DNA of 64,000 nucleotides, taken from the NCBI GenBank assembly GCA_045837725.1, contig JBEWZL010000278.1:186001-250000 (forward strand), in the 5' to 3' direction. Source of the DNA: Vermamoeba vermiformis (lineage: Eukaryota). The notes beneath the pieces were generated by a model that was given only the letters and a program-made list of their open reading frames with translations, was not told the DNA's origin and searched no databases. Every line of letters starts with the position of its first letter. The stretch's first letter is position 1. Positions 1-13,293 of this stretch are shown here, piece by piece. The position numbers and the translations under genes are program-made.

Positions 1-372
1 GGACGACAAATAGCCATTTAATTCCAGTTATAAATATGCTCGAGTTTGGTCAGTGGTTTGCGTCCATGAATGACAGCCCTGTAAGGACTTGCGTATTTAG
101 AATGAAATTTCGCAGAAGAGCTCTATTATTAAATAACCATTGTATAGATATACCAATCGCTCATAGATAATCAAAATAGTCGAGTACTGATTAAGAAAGG
201 GAGTGCTGGTATTTCAATGTTGTTGCATCCGAATCTGAAAACGTGGTACGCTGCGTGGAGCGATGCACCGCAAAAATTCGTGGCAATGAATAGTAGATAT
301 TTGTTCTAAAATAACAGGGATACGGGCAGTATCTCCTGCCGAGACTTTGATGAACAAAAAATGAGGCCTTAA
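1..372 (+). pseudogene. 3' end of an F-box-protein paralog with a premature stop (partial, 5' end outside window)
   Basis: Last exon (IYQSLIDNQNSRVLIKKGSAGISMLLHPNLKTWYAAWSDAPQKFVAMNSRYLF*NNRDTGSISCRDF) aligns codon-for-codon with the last exon of the gene ending at 3663. It has TAA at 307-309 where the paralog has ATA. Confidence 0.65.
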
Positions 373-469
373 AAAATGCAAGCTTGCAGAACGACGTTCA
401 CAACAAGACAATTCTATCCAATCAAAACCACAACGCGCATATGCATATGTAATTGTTATTTATTAAAGC

Positions 470-1533
470 ATGGATCTTATTAACGAAGTAATCGAAACGG
501 TGAGAAAAGAAGGTTAGTGTGGATCGAGTTCTGTAAACGCCTATGATTTTTTAAAATTATGATCTTGATCTAATGAATATATAGGGTCGTGTACACATGC
601 TGCAGCGACGTTCGGAGATCAAATAAAAATGACAAATTGGACACCGAAGTTGAAAGAGCTTTTTGCACTTCTGGCCCAGCTTATAGAGGAAGAAGATGCT
701 GTTATATACAATTTATTACGAGTATTATATTTATGCGAAGCACCGGGGTTTATCAGGAAAGACGTTGTTTTGACGAATCCGCCAAGGAGGAATCTGCTCG
801 AGAGCGTGAGTTACCCGACTCTCCCAAATCAATTAACTAACGATATTTTATAGGCCATATATTCAGAGAATTGGAATATCGCAAATTTTCTTGTTAAATT
901 CGCTGTTGAGAGAGATGCGAAACTGCTCGAAAAGGATGAGTTTTGGGAGCCGCAGTTGGAATGCAAAGCAACGCCAGATCAATGGGGCAAAGCTCTTCGT
1001 ACGTATTAATATTTCGTAGTATAATTTTATGCTAATGTGTAATTAGAACTGATGGCCAAATCGTGCGCTTCTTCTCGCGTGCTTCAAGGTGGTGTTTCGA
1101 ACAGTAATTTAGCTCATCTATGGACAGCTCGTCTTAAAATCTTCAAATCTGTGATTGAGAACGGCTATGTGAATCTATTAGACTTGCTAAAGTATCCATC
1201 AGCGTTCATGTTGATGGTCAGACTCGGTGCAGATCTGCCTCCTCAAAACACCAAAAAAGGTAATTTGATCGTAATTTACAACTTAATTAATGAACTCACA
1301 CGTTGACTACAGGTTATAATATGACACTTCCGTATTGTGTATGGAGTTCACGCATGAAAAAACATAAGCGGATTCACTTGTTGCGTTTTCTCGATTCCGT
1401 TGATCCAACACTTTTTGACGTGCCATGTGGTCCCAACAATGTCAAGCTCGCTTATGAGTGCTGGAAAGCGAGCGATTTAGCCATCATTCGAAGTGTCCCA
1501 GCACTTTCTAAGACAAAAATTGACAGTCAGTAG
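470..1533 (+). CDS. Hypothetical spliced protein, possibly with degenerate ankyrin-like helices
   Basis: ATG at 470; a phase-1 GT-AG intron joins it to ORF 629-853, and further GT-AG introns join ORFs 1052-1306 and 1303-1533. Weak ankyrin-like words (IENGYVNLLDLL, VRLGAD). 3' end uncertain. Confidence 0.45.
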
Positions 1534-1916
1534 AAATGTCAAAATGACTCTTTGCAAAGCCGGATCTAACCACCAGTTTTATCGTAGTGCATATGAAAGA
1601 CCGGAGAGGACGAGGAATAGGCGATTATTTACATCCTAAGAAAATACTTGCCGATAATATTAAATCAGAAGAGCGATTCGATTATGCCATCACGTAAGCC
1701 CACGTGGCCTCGTAACATTGATACTTAAAAGAAAAAAGGGTTTGTTTTTTTTTGCCTTCATTTTTCAAGCGCTGTTGTCAAAGGCAAAATTCCAGTAATT
1801 AATTATTTATTCCAACTTGATACTGGTGCCGTCACGCAATTCTTTTGCGCTTATCCTGGTACGTTCAATTCGATAATTGTAAACTAACTACTAACGTGCG
1901 TGATGGTTTAGAGCTA

Positions 1917-3663
1917 ATGAAGGCGTTGGAAATATTAATACTAAAAGACAAACAAGTCTTATCAAAGCTGTTGGAGACTACGACAGATCAGTTCTTGGTG
2001 GCCTATTGTATGGCACAAGGTCACAAACCTCCGCAGAACAACGTCATGTGGCCTCAACTTGCTGCAAGTATGTACTCGGCATTCAATATTTAATCCTTAA
2101 TTAAGTTAGGACCGCGTGACATTGACTAAAGTTTGACTTTTTTGTCGAAGATTTGAACAATTTTAGTTTGACCAATCACAAAGCCACACGTTCGGTTCAA
2201 ATTAAGGATATCAGATTATTAATACAATTGCTACTTTCTAGTGTGGGAATTAACTCCCATAGAGTACGAGGTCCGTACTGTCAGCGAATTGGTCTTGCAG
2301 TTCGACAAGGATCAGCGGTGTCATATCCATGAATTGCCCGATGACGTCATCAGCTTGATTCTACCTGAAATTTCGTTCGCGGACGTGATGAGCTTGTTTG
2401 CAGCCTCGAAGACCATGCAACAAGTCTGCAAACGCTTGACAAGTCCCTCGTTGTGGAAGAAGATTGCAGCAAACAACTTCAACGGCTTTAAGATGAAGTA
2501 TCTCGATTCTCAACCAATCACTGATTGGCGCAGTCACGTGATCAAAGAAATGAGGTAAAATTCACCAAATTGAATTATGAAAGTATCATTAATGACCATT
2601 TTGTTATTAGATGGCGAAAGAACTGGATTCATCAACGGTTCACTGAACGAACGATTTTCACTGAACTGGATGGAGATTTTCAATTTGCCACAGACGACAA
2701 CTGGTTTGTAATGACTTCGAGTCTGCCATCGGGTCTGAATGTCTATTGTTGGAATTGTCATACATTTCAATCGTACACGATGGAACTTTCATACATTCTC
2801 GGCGAAGTCCTTATAATAGATTCTACTCCATCGAGCTTAACAATTGCCCTTGTCGGCTTCTCATTGAGTCTAAATGAAACTTTCATACTCATTTTGGATC
2901 CGGTCAATAATCGCTTCGTGAAAGAGATCAAGCCTTGTGTGCAGTCGCTTGGCGCTCCATTTTTAATTAAGTTTCGATCTAAACTTTGTTTTGTAAGCAA
3001 AGGTAACGTCAAAATGATATAATATGTAGAATATCATATCAAATATTCTTATTGTTTTGTTAGATCTGCAAGAAGTTGACATTGAAGCCGGTGTCACGAA
3101 ATCAATATGGAATTTAAATGGCAAGCCTATTTATGCACGAATGGCGGCCGTCAATATCAATGAAGACTCGCTGTTACTTGTTCGTAGTAGTAGGAATAGC
3201 CAAATTTTGATTTTGGATCCGGACCTGAATCTGGTCGCGGCCGCTGAAGATCCACCAAACTCGAGCACCGTCCTTTCGGCTGCTTTCTTCGGCTCGGGAT
3301 CGGCATTCATAACGATTTTTAAGCATCTCGAGTTTGGTCAGTGGTATGGTCACCTTGGCAGCGATACCGTAAGTGGTCACCGTAACCAAATTTGGAAAAG
3401 AGATCTGTTTTTGAAAAATTAAGAGACGGTGTTCTAACTGTTATTAACAGGTCTATAATTCAATACTTGACGCTCAAAATGATCGATTGCTCATCAAGCA
3501 AAGTGCTGGTGGAATTTCAATGTTGTTGCATCCGAATCTGAAAACGTGGTACACTGCGTGGATCGAAACACCAGAAAAATTCGTAGCGAAGAATAGTAGA
3601 TACTTGTTCATATATAACAAGAATACTGGCTGTATATCCTGCCGAGATTTTGATTGGCAATAA
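1917..3663 (+). CDS. F-box protein with a putative C-terminal beta-rich substrate-binding region
   Basis: F-box motif IHELPDDVISLILPEISFADVMSLFAASKTMQQV...LWK. In-phase introns (about 2068-2241, 2555-2610, others). Ends CRDFDWQ* at 3661-3663. True start may lie further upstream. Confidence 0.75.
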
Positions 3664-3829
3664 CTCCAGTACGTGTTCCCGATTTAGGAGTTTAAATACT
3701 ATGGTTTGTAGCAATTCTTTATAAGATTATCATAGGTCGACTCGTAAATACTGTCTTTACTTTAATTCTATAATTAATTACGATTATACAATTAGGTCGT
3801 AAAGCTACGTGTTTAATGCAGATCCGTTC

Positions 3830-5443
3830 TTAAAACAACAGACCAACTAAGACCAACAATAAAGAGGCTCTTATTATAGTCGATGAACTAGTTTGCTGAG
3901 TGCTAGGTGCTCTATTATTGGGAGTATTGGTAGTGCCAGGGGAATTCGATGCAACAGGCTCAACGTTGCACAGCACTGTTACTTCGCATTGGGCAGTCTG
4001 TTCGAATCTAGAGACGCTTATAGTAGTTTTGAAGCTATTGTTCGCATCGAAAGTCACCGCAATGGATGCAGATCCGTTCACTGAAACTTCGGCGCAATCG
4101 TCATCGATGGAGTAGAGCTCTGATACGTCAATATTGACTGGATTGCACGACAAATAGGACTTGTCATGACAAGTAAGGGCAATAGGGTCGTTGTAGCAGA
4201 ACGGCAAGTAAAGGAGTTGCGAAGCTCCTTTGAGATCTCCGTAGGTTTTGTTTCGGGCGTTTGATAGACTATAGACGGCCTTATCTGTGACCGTGAAGCC
4301 CCAAAAATGCGTCGTGATGAAGCTTGGTAAGTTACTAATGTCTTTAGTGGAGCTGTAGATCTCGGTAATATTCCAAGAAAATTTTGCCAGTTTTGAGAGC
4401 TTGAATAAGCTGCCTTGTGGAGATCCTAGTGATAGAATTAATAACGTACTCATAAACTGTATTGCCTTACCATTTGTAGCGTTCATATTTCGTTGGTTGA
4501 AAATTGAAGAGTAGTACAGATCAGACCCGCGCCACAAAAAGTAATTGTTGTAGTACAAATTACCATCGTCTTCTCTATTAACTGTTGTTGCGATCCATTT
4601 GGTATCATTCTTCTCTAAGAATCCAATTTGGGTGCTAGATAAGATGAAAACCAACGTGTCCTCTCCGTTGTAAGTGTACGGAATGCTACTCGAGTCAAAA
4701 CTGAACGGAACAGAGACATTTTCCACGAAATTAAACTGGTCGTTGTCTATCGAATAGATGGTTACTATTTTGTGAGCCTTGTCATAAGTGGCTGCACGAG
4801 ATTCGGAAACTGTGTACCCAGCCCAAGGATCCGCTAGAACTGAAGAGGTAGGAGTAACCGGCCAATTGTTGTTCGAGAAAGGGTACAACGCTAATTCATA
4901 TCCTCTAGCGGTATAGTCCAAAGCGACCATGTTGTTGTTTGAGAGCAGATGGATCGAGTTGGCGAATCCGGATAATTGTTTGTAGGCCCAAGTGAAGTTG
5001 TTTGTTACTTGATGGTTAGCATCCATCTTCCAAAAATTAACGTCGCGAGTGCTACCATCGTAGGAGACGAACCATTCGTTGTTCGCATTCAGAGCGTTGC
5101 CTGCCATCCGTGATCCCATCAGCCGATTAACTTCTGTATACTGGCCAGCGTCATTTCTAGCATAAAATACTATCATGCCGTTTGATTCGTTCAGAGGAAC
5201 CCAAAAGAAAAGATATTTGTCGTTTTGACCAATGAAGCCTGGATTGATCTGGGAAAGAACACTGCCGTCTCCTCCCATTAATTCGCTCTTTTCGAATAAT
5301 GGGATATTCCTGAAGTAATAAATTATTAAAATCGACAATGAAACTGAATTCCGTGTTGCGGATAACAAAGATGGAACTTTGATTACCTGCTGTGCAAGCG
5401 CCAAAGCTAGAAAGGAGGCCAATAAAATAATATACCGAGCCAT
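3830..5443 (-). CDS. Secreted/GPI-anchored cell-surface protein
   Basis: Signal peptide MARYIILLASFLALALAQ, beta-rich body, Cys-containing domain, S/T/P/N-rich stalk and hydrophobic C-terminus (ASLLLVLVGLLF*). Two probable stop-free short introns lie inside the 562-aa ORF. Confidence 0.7.
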   Translation of the reverse strand: MARYIILLASFLALALAQQVIKVPSLLSATRNSVSLSILIIYYFRNIPLFEKSELMGGDGSVLSQINPGFIGQNDKYLFFWVPLNESNGMIVFYARNDAGQYTEVNRLMGSRMAGNALNANNEWFVSYDGSTRDVNFWKMDANHQVTNNFTWAYKQLSGFANSIHLLSNNNMVALDYTARGYELALYPFSNNNWPVTPTSSVLADPWAGYTVSESRAATYDKAHKIVTIYSIDNDQFNFVENVSVPFSFDSSSIPYTYNGEDTLVFILSSTQIGFLEKNDTKWIATTVNREDDGNLYYNNYFLWRGSDLYYSSIFNQRNMNATNGKAIQFMSTLLILSLGSPQGSLFKLSKLAKFSWNITEIYSSTKDISNLPSFITTHFWGFTVTDKAVYSLSNARNKTYGDLKGASQLLYLPFCYNDPIALTCHDKSYLSCNPVNIDVSELYSIDDDCAEVSVNGSASIAVTFDANNSFKTTISVSRFEQTAQCEVTVLCNVEPVASNSPGTTNTPNNRAPSTQQTSSSTIIRASLLLVLVGLLF

Positions 5444-5890
5444 AGTGTGTGTTATAGCAACGATCTCTGCATAATATGAAACTGAAAATCTGTTTTTGTT
5501 TATTAACGAAAATGACATGATGTCAAATTTATTAACTGACAGCCTTCAACCAAAAACGTTCAAAGAATAATTCACACAACTGCGCTACCCGTCAATGGTG
5601 TCAAACCTTATGTTTAACTACTAGAGCCAAGAAATGAAAAAGAAATTACAACAGAATCGCAACGCAAAATCAGTTGCTGTCAGTTGTGACATTATTCTCT
5701 GAAAAGTTAAACTTGCAACAGAATTCCATCATTAGTCATTGCATGATATAATATTGCGAGATCCGTGCCTTCGGAACTCTTTCAGTGAAAATAAAGTAAA
5801 GTTGTCAAATGATTTATTTACAATTCGCTTGACGAAATTTTGAAGTATTATTATTATTGTTTTTGTTTTGAATGACGTTAAAAATGTCTC

Positions 5891-8800
5891 TTACAATGGT
5901 TGCAACACTAATAAATGTTTTGCAGCTTGAACAACATTCTCTTTCTTCCAGTACATTGGCGCATATTCTTTTCGTTCCAACACCCCCATCATGTCACTAT
6001 AGGATATTAGTGACATGTCCATATTATATTATAATATATCAAATACGTACTGATGATAAGGGCTGGATAATCGACCTGATTGACCCGGAGCCAAGATCCA
6101 CTTTGAGTTGTCGAAGTCCGAGAAGTCAATAATTTGTCTATATGCATCGATCTTGTTAGCAAATATACCATCATATACTAGGCGGACAGCTATTATTACC
6201 TGAATGAAATGCCGTTGATCGCATCAAATTTACGGTGTCCCTCGTCCTTCGCAAAACCACTGCGTGCCACTGTATCGTCATCACCGTCGACCGGTTGTGG
6301 ACCAACATCGAACACTACGACCATATTAATACTATACTAGGTCTCAGTGTGGATCAACATAACACTACGTACCAAGATTGAACGGCTTTTGTTTGCCAAG
6401 CAAGTGCGCAAAATTTGAACGGTGGATGCGACCCCAGTGCCAGTCTTGCACGCTTTCACCGAACTAAATCCATGTTAGTATATAATACTTTATGATTGGG
6501 ATATTATTATGTACCTCTTCTACGAGCCAGTTAACGGAGTCTCTGAAAGCCTTTCGAAGTCCCTTTGAACGACCGCCCAGATCTGACCACTGCACCAAAA
6601 GTTAGATTCGTATAGCAATATGACTGATATTAATAATACTACTTACCCATTCAGATTGAGGATTGTCCATCAACCTCAAAATATTAACGATGTCGTAACC
6701 GATAAACTACATCCGGATCAGTAAGTTCAAGTTCCCGCTTAGCAATTAAGAAAATTAATATATAACTTACTTCTCCAAAAGTACTAATAGGCATGAAATT
6801 GGTACCGTGCATATTGGACTTGATGGCTGAAAGAAAAATATGTTAGTGCGAGGCACCGAGTTTTAATGCCACAAAAAACACTAGGTAAATTCAATATGAT
6901 ACAATAATATATATGTATGTTCATACCAGAGGGTACTTTAGACTTCAATATGTCGCGCACTAAGAAGTATCTAAGAGACTGATAAATAGAGCCTGCAACT
7001 GTAGTGCGTGTCATGGATCCGTTCCAACCACGCAACTCGCTCATAGCTTCTTTTTCGAGGTCTGTAAAGTCCGCTTGATCGTTGAGATCTATAATACAAT
7101 AATTAGATCAAATAAATGATGGATCTAACTCATGTTAGGACTTTTGTTCGATCTAGCTATTCAGTAAGAAAAAAAGATCCAACGTAACAAAAAATAAAAT
7201 AGCTATTAATTCAGTATAAGGCGCATCATTTGGATACTTACCTAAAAATTTCAAGAATTTTTCTACGAATTCTTTGCCGGGAATGGTGAAGACATCTGTT
7301 TGGATCAGCTGTTGTTCGCGCAGACCTAGCTTGATACCACGAGCAGTAAACTCCTTGATCATATCTTCGACGCGCTTAGCTCGGTATCCATTGTTCCACA
7401 TATTGCCCTAAGAGTCATAGATTAGTATTGACCGCTAAAAACAGATCCGAAACATCGATGCGCACGCTCGGTGGATCTCGCTTTGAGTACGTACCAAATA
7501 ATGAGGATAATCATCACCAGCAATCTTGTGATTGGCCGAGACTACGTAACCGCTCTTCGGGTTCAAAGCAAACGGTTTTTCATCGAAAGGTATAAAGCCG
7601 TGCCAATCATGCTCGCCTGTCCAGCCTGGAGAAGGTAATGCACCATCGCCCTAATAAACATGAATATGTTACATTATTATCAATTGCGAACCACGATCTT
7701 TGAAAGATTTTGGAAGATCTGCGGGTCGAACAAAAAAAATGTAAATGAACTTTGCCAGTAGGTTCATATTATTTAAAGTTGGAATAAATACGGTACCTTC
7801 TTTCTAATAGGCACAAGACCAGACAAGTAATAGCCGATATTGCCTTGTGTATCTCCATAGACGAGATTGAATGAGCCAATGTCCATCTTCTTTACTGCAG
7901 TCACAAACGAGTCCCAATCTGTTGCTATATTGAGCTCGTATTGGCCTTCAGACATGCTACTTTGCTATAATAAAATATTATTGTTAGTTTAAGTTCTAGC
8001 GAACGTTCATAAACTTCGGATTTGATCCACGATCTGGAGGAATCGGATAATAGGCATTAAATTTATATAACTACGTACTGGTAATAATCCAATGCTAGCA
8101 TAGGCAACGGCAGTATGACTATGAGTCTTTTGGTACTCGATCTGAGTCTCGTTCAAAATGCTGAACAAATTCGAGATGATAGGGCCGTGGATAGTCTATT
8201 CGAATATTAGAATATAATCCATATTATAGTATACTAAGCATATTATTCATTCATACCTCGATAACCTCTTCGATGTGCGGTGCCTTGCCTTTAACAGCAA
8301 TAACTTCTTGGCGCACGATAGGCTGCACAGCCTCGCCTTGATGTTCGTAGGTGCCATTAGCAAAGAATTTTTCCACGAATAAGTCCTTAGTATCGGCCAT
8401 AGATACAGTAATACTAATTTGAAAAAAATTTTGTTAGATCCGGATCTGTTCACTTTGATGCAGCTTCAACCGTTCATATTTATGACTCACCCCCAACCAA
8501 TATGTTCATTATGACCAATAGCAATCACTGGAGTACCAGGCAAGGACACTCCGATTGCGTGGTAAGGTTTGTGTTCCGTATCCGTACTATGCATGTGGAT
8601 GCGATACCAAGCTGACGGTGCAGATGTAGCTATAATAATAATAATAACATATTAGTAAATATAGCTTGTTAATCTAATTGAAGAATTATATTGTTACGTA
8701 CTAAGATGAGGATCGTTCGCCAAAAATGGTTTGCCAGTCGATGTTAGTGAGCCTGACACGGACCATGCATTTGAAGCACCTATTAATTAAATAGATATTA

Positions 8801-10352
8801 ATTATAAGGCCGACGGCTATTACTATTTTAAGCAATACGACATACCTCCTGCCTTAATATAAGGTGGCAAAACTTCGTTCAAGTTGACTCCGTCCAACAA
8901 AATCGGATTGAACTCGTGTTTGCCCGAAGGAAATTTCAACGTGCTTGGGTTGTCAGGGTAATTAATATCAAATTCTTTCATCAATTTGTCGCCCAAGACC
9001 TCTTTCAGCATTTGACGAGGAAATTCGCTTTGTTCACCAGCTCCCATTTGCCAGCACACTAGCAATAGTATTATTAATTATGATAATTACTATGGAGTAT
9101 TATGTTAATGCGTACTTAAGCGTCCAATAGTCAATACGTCTACTGAGCTCCAAGTTTCAGGAGTAATGCCCAGAAAAGTAAATTCAACTGGCAATTGTCC
9201 TTTAGAATTCTTCAAATAAGCGTTAATGCCTATAATAACATTAATATATATATATTGTAGTGTAATTATTCTTTTCGTACCATCGGTATAAGATTCCAAG
9301 AGCAACAGCGCACGGTTACTCGCGACTAAAAAAAGCATTAGAATCGATTGGATATCGCCTAATAAGGCTATTACGACTTACATTCGAGATCTTTTTGAGC
9401 TTTTCTGGCCAATCCAAACGTTCTGAAAATTCTATCGACGATAAGTCCGCTCTCACCAAGTGCTTCGGCCATTCGACCTTCAATTATCGTTAAATAATGC
9501 CACATGCCCATAGATATAATGTTACACGTACCTGATGCAATACGGCGATGCATTTCCATTTGCCAAAGGCGATCTTGCGCGTGTACGTAACCAGCCGCGA
9601 AAAGCATGTCGCGGTTATTAGTTGCGTAAATGTGCGGAACGCCATGACTATTATAAATATAGATATTAGTCCTCGTACTTATAATTTAAACAAATTTTGT
9701 GAGTCGTTCTCCTGACGGGACCAGTTTGAACGAGATTCCGGATCGGGTTCAGAGGTACACTTACGAATCCCAATAGATTTCAACTTTATCGTTCAATCCA
9801 TTCAATGATATAGTGCCATTAAGAACGGGGGTACGAGTGGAATCTAATTTAAAAAAAGGAGTTAAACCATCGTAGTAAAATTGGAGGGAAATTCGATCTG
9901 GTTGCCACGTCGTGCAAAATGTAATATACCACTATATAAAAGTTCATATGACTATTCATTACAATTCTTACCCATGGTTGCAATCAGGAATCGCAATAGA
10001 GGGCCGATCCAGGATGTAGCTTTGCTCAATGTCGCCTGTTAACATGAGAAAGTTAATATTTTGACATCAATTATTCATATAATAATGTGGCAATAATAAT
10101 CATATTTGCTTCGCTCGATACAAATGTCAACATCCGGAGATATTTAAATTTACTTACGCCAATATAACCCCACACGCCCTTGTCATCTTCATCAACGATA
10201 AATATAGATGCGATAGCAATAGACAAAAATACAGTCATAAAAAATACAAGCGAGCCAAGTGAGATGCGTCGTATTTTTGTTGTTGCGGGACTAGATGTCG
10301 GCGCGGGAATGGGCTTCTCGGCCACTTTATCGGCCTTTGGCTTCGTGCTCAT
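5891..10352 (-). CDS. Peptidase S45 family Ntn-hydrolase (penicillin acylase / acyl-homoserine-lactone acylase-like), with N-terminal membrane anchor, highly intron-rich
   Basis: Spliced motifs [31 protein letters not shown], catalytic beta-subunit start [26 protein letters not shown] (~8700-8780), [29 protein letters not shown]-terminus [22 protein letters not shown]. Confidence 0.9.
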
Positions 10353-10489
10353 AGCTTAAGGTCGAATATACTAACGGGCACCGGGAGCGGTGGTTAATGT
10401 TGCAAAATAAATAGGGACAAAACTGACCCGAAAAAAATTTAGTTTTTTTATCATTGTAGCTTACACAGCGATACACAACAGCAATTATA

Positions 10490-11188
10490 ATGTCATACAG
10501 CCAAGAAGAAGTTGTTATTAACGAACAAGACCAAAAATCAATCGAAAGAGAAAAGTCTGACAAGATTAAGGTTTCGTCAAACAGATCTGTTTTCTATTAC
10601 GTTGATTTGGCTGCTGAATCATTGGCCGCTTTTCCTGAAGTTGAATTGAGCGGTCTCGGCTTTGGTAAATATTTTTATATAATTTTTCAAATCATTTATT
10701 GAAATTAATTTGCGACTAGTCTCTGAATGCGTTCTCTAATAATTATTATCATATAGCCATTACTACTGCTGTTACTATCGCTGAAATTCTCCGAAGCCAA
10801 GAAATTGCTGCCATCTCTAGTAAGTAACGAATTTCCACGGAGCCAACAGAAAATATTTTTCAAATCTGCGTATTTCGGTCTATTTGCTTTTGTAATGGCC
10901 AAAAATATTATATTAATTATTTCTTAATAGAGGTTAACACTACCTTGGTTGGCGTTGACGGCAGACGTGGCCAGAAGCCTAAAATTCAAATCTTGTTGAC
11001 TCGATCCAAGAACTTCGACCAAACCTTTGCCAAGAAGAAACAATTGGTACGTATAGATCATCTATATTTTTTGAGGCATTATTATTGATTTTTGGCGTCA
11101 CTAGTCGGAAGAGAGCAAGATAATCCGAAAGGAACTCGAAGAGAATCAAAAACGCGTTCAAGACGGTATTAAGAAAGCTACTGCTTAA
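10490..11188 (+). CDS. Alba-family nucleic-acid-binding protein
   Basis: Spliced sequence KIKVSSNRSVFYYVDLA...EVELSGLGFAITTAVTIAEILR...KPKIQILLTRSKNFD matches the eukaryotic Alba pattern; three GT-AG introns. Confidence 0.85.
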
Positions 11189-11450
11189 ATAGGAGCAATG
11201 AATATGTGTTATAAGGTACTATAGGAATAAACAAGACAATCAGAGTCTTCAAAAGCACGCGTGTACTGGCAGAGATCGAGCTCGTCACTAAAAGACAAAT
11301 ACTGGGCCTAATAATAGCATCCCCAAATATGTAAGTACCAACATACTGTAATTACGCTTTATAGAGCGTATCAGACGGCAGCAGAATCAGATCTGATGTT
11401 CTCGCGATCACATCTAGCTTGAATAGTTTCTCTTCAATGAAAATTTTATT

Positions 11451-12963
11451 TTATTCGAGAGGCACTTCCGTAGTAGGCACTAAAATAGGCTCTTTCACTG
11501 CCTTGTCCTTGCTAAGTCCGGATGAGGTCGGCAGACCGCAGAACACTTTAACGGAGTCGTAGACTAAGAACATGACTGCAGAGAGTGAGCCGACCATGAC
11601 GCAGCGAGTGCCTAGACCTAGCCACACGCCTCGCCAGCCTAATGTGCGGAGAATTCCGCCCACTGAGTTCGGCATCCTGGCTACAAGCTCGGACTTGACT
11701 CCTTTAGATCTGCAAGGGTATCGTTAACATACGTAAATTGTAGCTATAGCTTATCAATACGATCGATTATAATCGTATACTAATGGAAGGGATCATTACT
11801 AAGAGAAAATATTCGATGACGGATCTCATCGAGGTACGTACTTCGCATTGATGATAGAGAGCACAGTATCGGCAGGATGACTGGTTATTGCGCTAATAAA
11901 TCCAGCAACGAAGCCTACACTTGTGCTAACGCCAAGTTGTTGGTGAGAAGTCAAGTCGTCTTTAGATTTCTTTGACGAAACCATGGGCAAGACAGATCCA
12001 TAAAAGTGATCGACCAAGTACGAGAAGACCGTTAATTGCGTGATGGTGTACGGCAATTGTTTGAAACATAGTGGTCCTAGGCCCTTGTACAAGCTATAAT
12101 AGCATAGTTGTTAGCCAACTGTCTCGATCGTTCGATCTTCATCCAACCAACAAAGACTAAAATCTTACCCAGAGATACCTTCTTGCTTGTAGATCATCTG
12201 AGTTCCTTTGATAGCGTTGGAATTTTTAAACATCTCAGGCTGGCTCACCATTCTGATACGAATTGCTTCCCAAGGACACAGGGCGATGGATGCGATTACT
12301 TCCGCTGCAGCAGAACTTGACATGTAGATAAGAGTTCTAATATGAGTCAAGATTAGTACGTGACTTTTCGTCCAATAAAACTGAAAATTAAGCAAATTTA
12401 CGATCACACTAACTCCCGATCAGGAGTTAATGAATAGATTTTCGGTTCGTTATTAAACAAATGGAAATATGTATGATAAATAATGCGGCCATTATCATGA
12501 CGGCATCATGTTCGATATACTTACTTGTATTTTTGAGACGTTTCTGATCCGAGCTTGGAAGAGATTGTATTTTTAAATAATTCAAAAAATCCGAATTTAG
12601 CACCACCCTGAATGATATAACCGAGCATAGTAGGTCCAAAGCCAAGGAATAACCCTCTAGTTCCTTCTTCAAGGCGGATCTTTTTTACGGCCGATGAGAA
12701 AGAGGTGTACTCTGCAGGATTAATCTGAGGGTAATATTAGTATTGTAGTAATTATTTATATTGGATTATCGAGAATATTAGTTAATTAATTTGCGAAAAT
12801 TGATTGAGTTTCGGAGAGCCCCGATCGAATCCTTTACCTGAATCCTTGTTTTGACCACGTCAATAGGCACTAGTACTGTATGGGCTGCTGATGCACATAT
12901 TCCTCCGGCCAACGCAGTACGAAGATAAAAATCAAGCTTGCTGCGCTGTTTAGTAGAGCTCAT
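11451..12963 (-). CDS. SLC25A3: Mitochondrial phosphate carrier (SLC25A3/MIR1/PIC2-like)
   Basis: Three carrier repeats with PxDxxK signatures: HTVLVPIDVVKTRIQ, AEVIASIALCPWEAIRIR, YKGLGPLCFKQLPYT, SHPADTVLS. Confidence 0.9.
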
Positions 12964-13293
12964 CTTATATTCTAAACAATATTGATATATATTACAAATA
13001 AATTAGATGTGTTCTTTATGTGTGACAAATATGCAAAATAAACGCGACAATCTGAAAATCCGGTTATTAGGATTTGCCACGTGCTTAGCGGGGTTGTGAT
13101 TCGGAGTTCTAGAAAGATCTATATCACAATAAATCGGCTAATATTAATTAATTACTATCATTATTTGCGTTTTTTGCTGCTTTATAGCTCCCGAAACCTT
13201 GATCTGGATTCCTCCAACGAGAGAAGACTAACGCTGTCAGTCTTAATTATCCGAAAAGATGCAATTTAGTATTACAACAGGAATATGGTGTAT

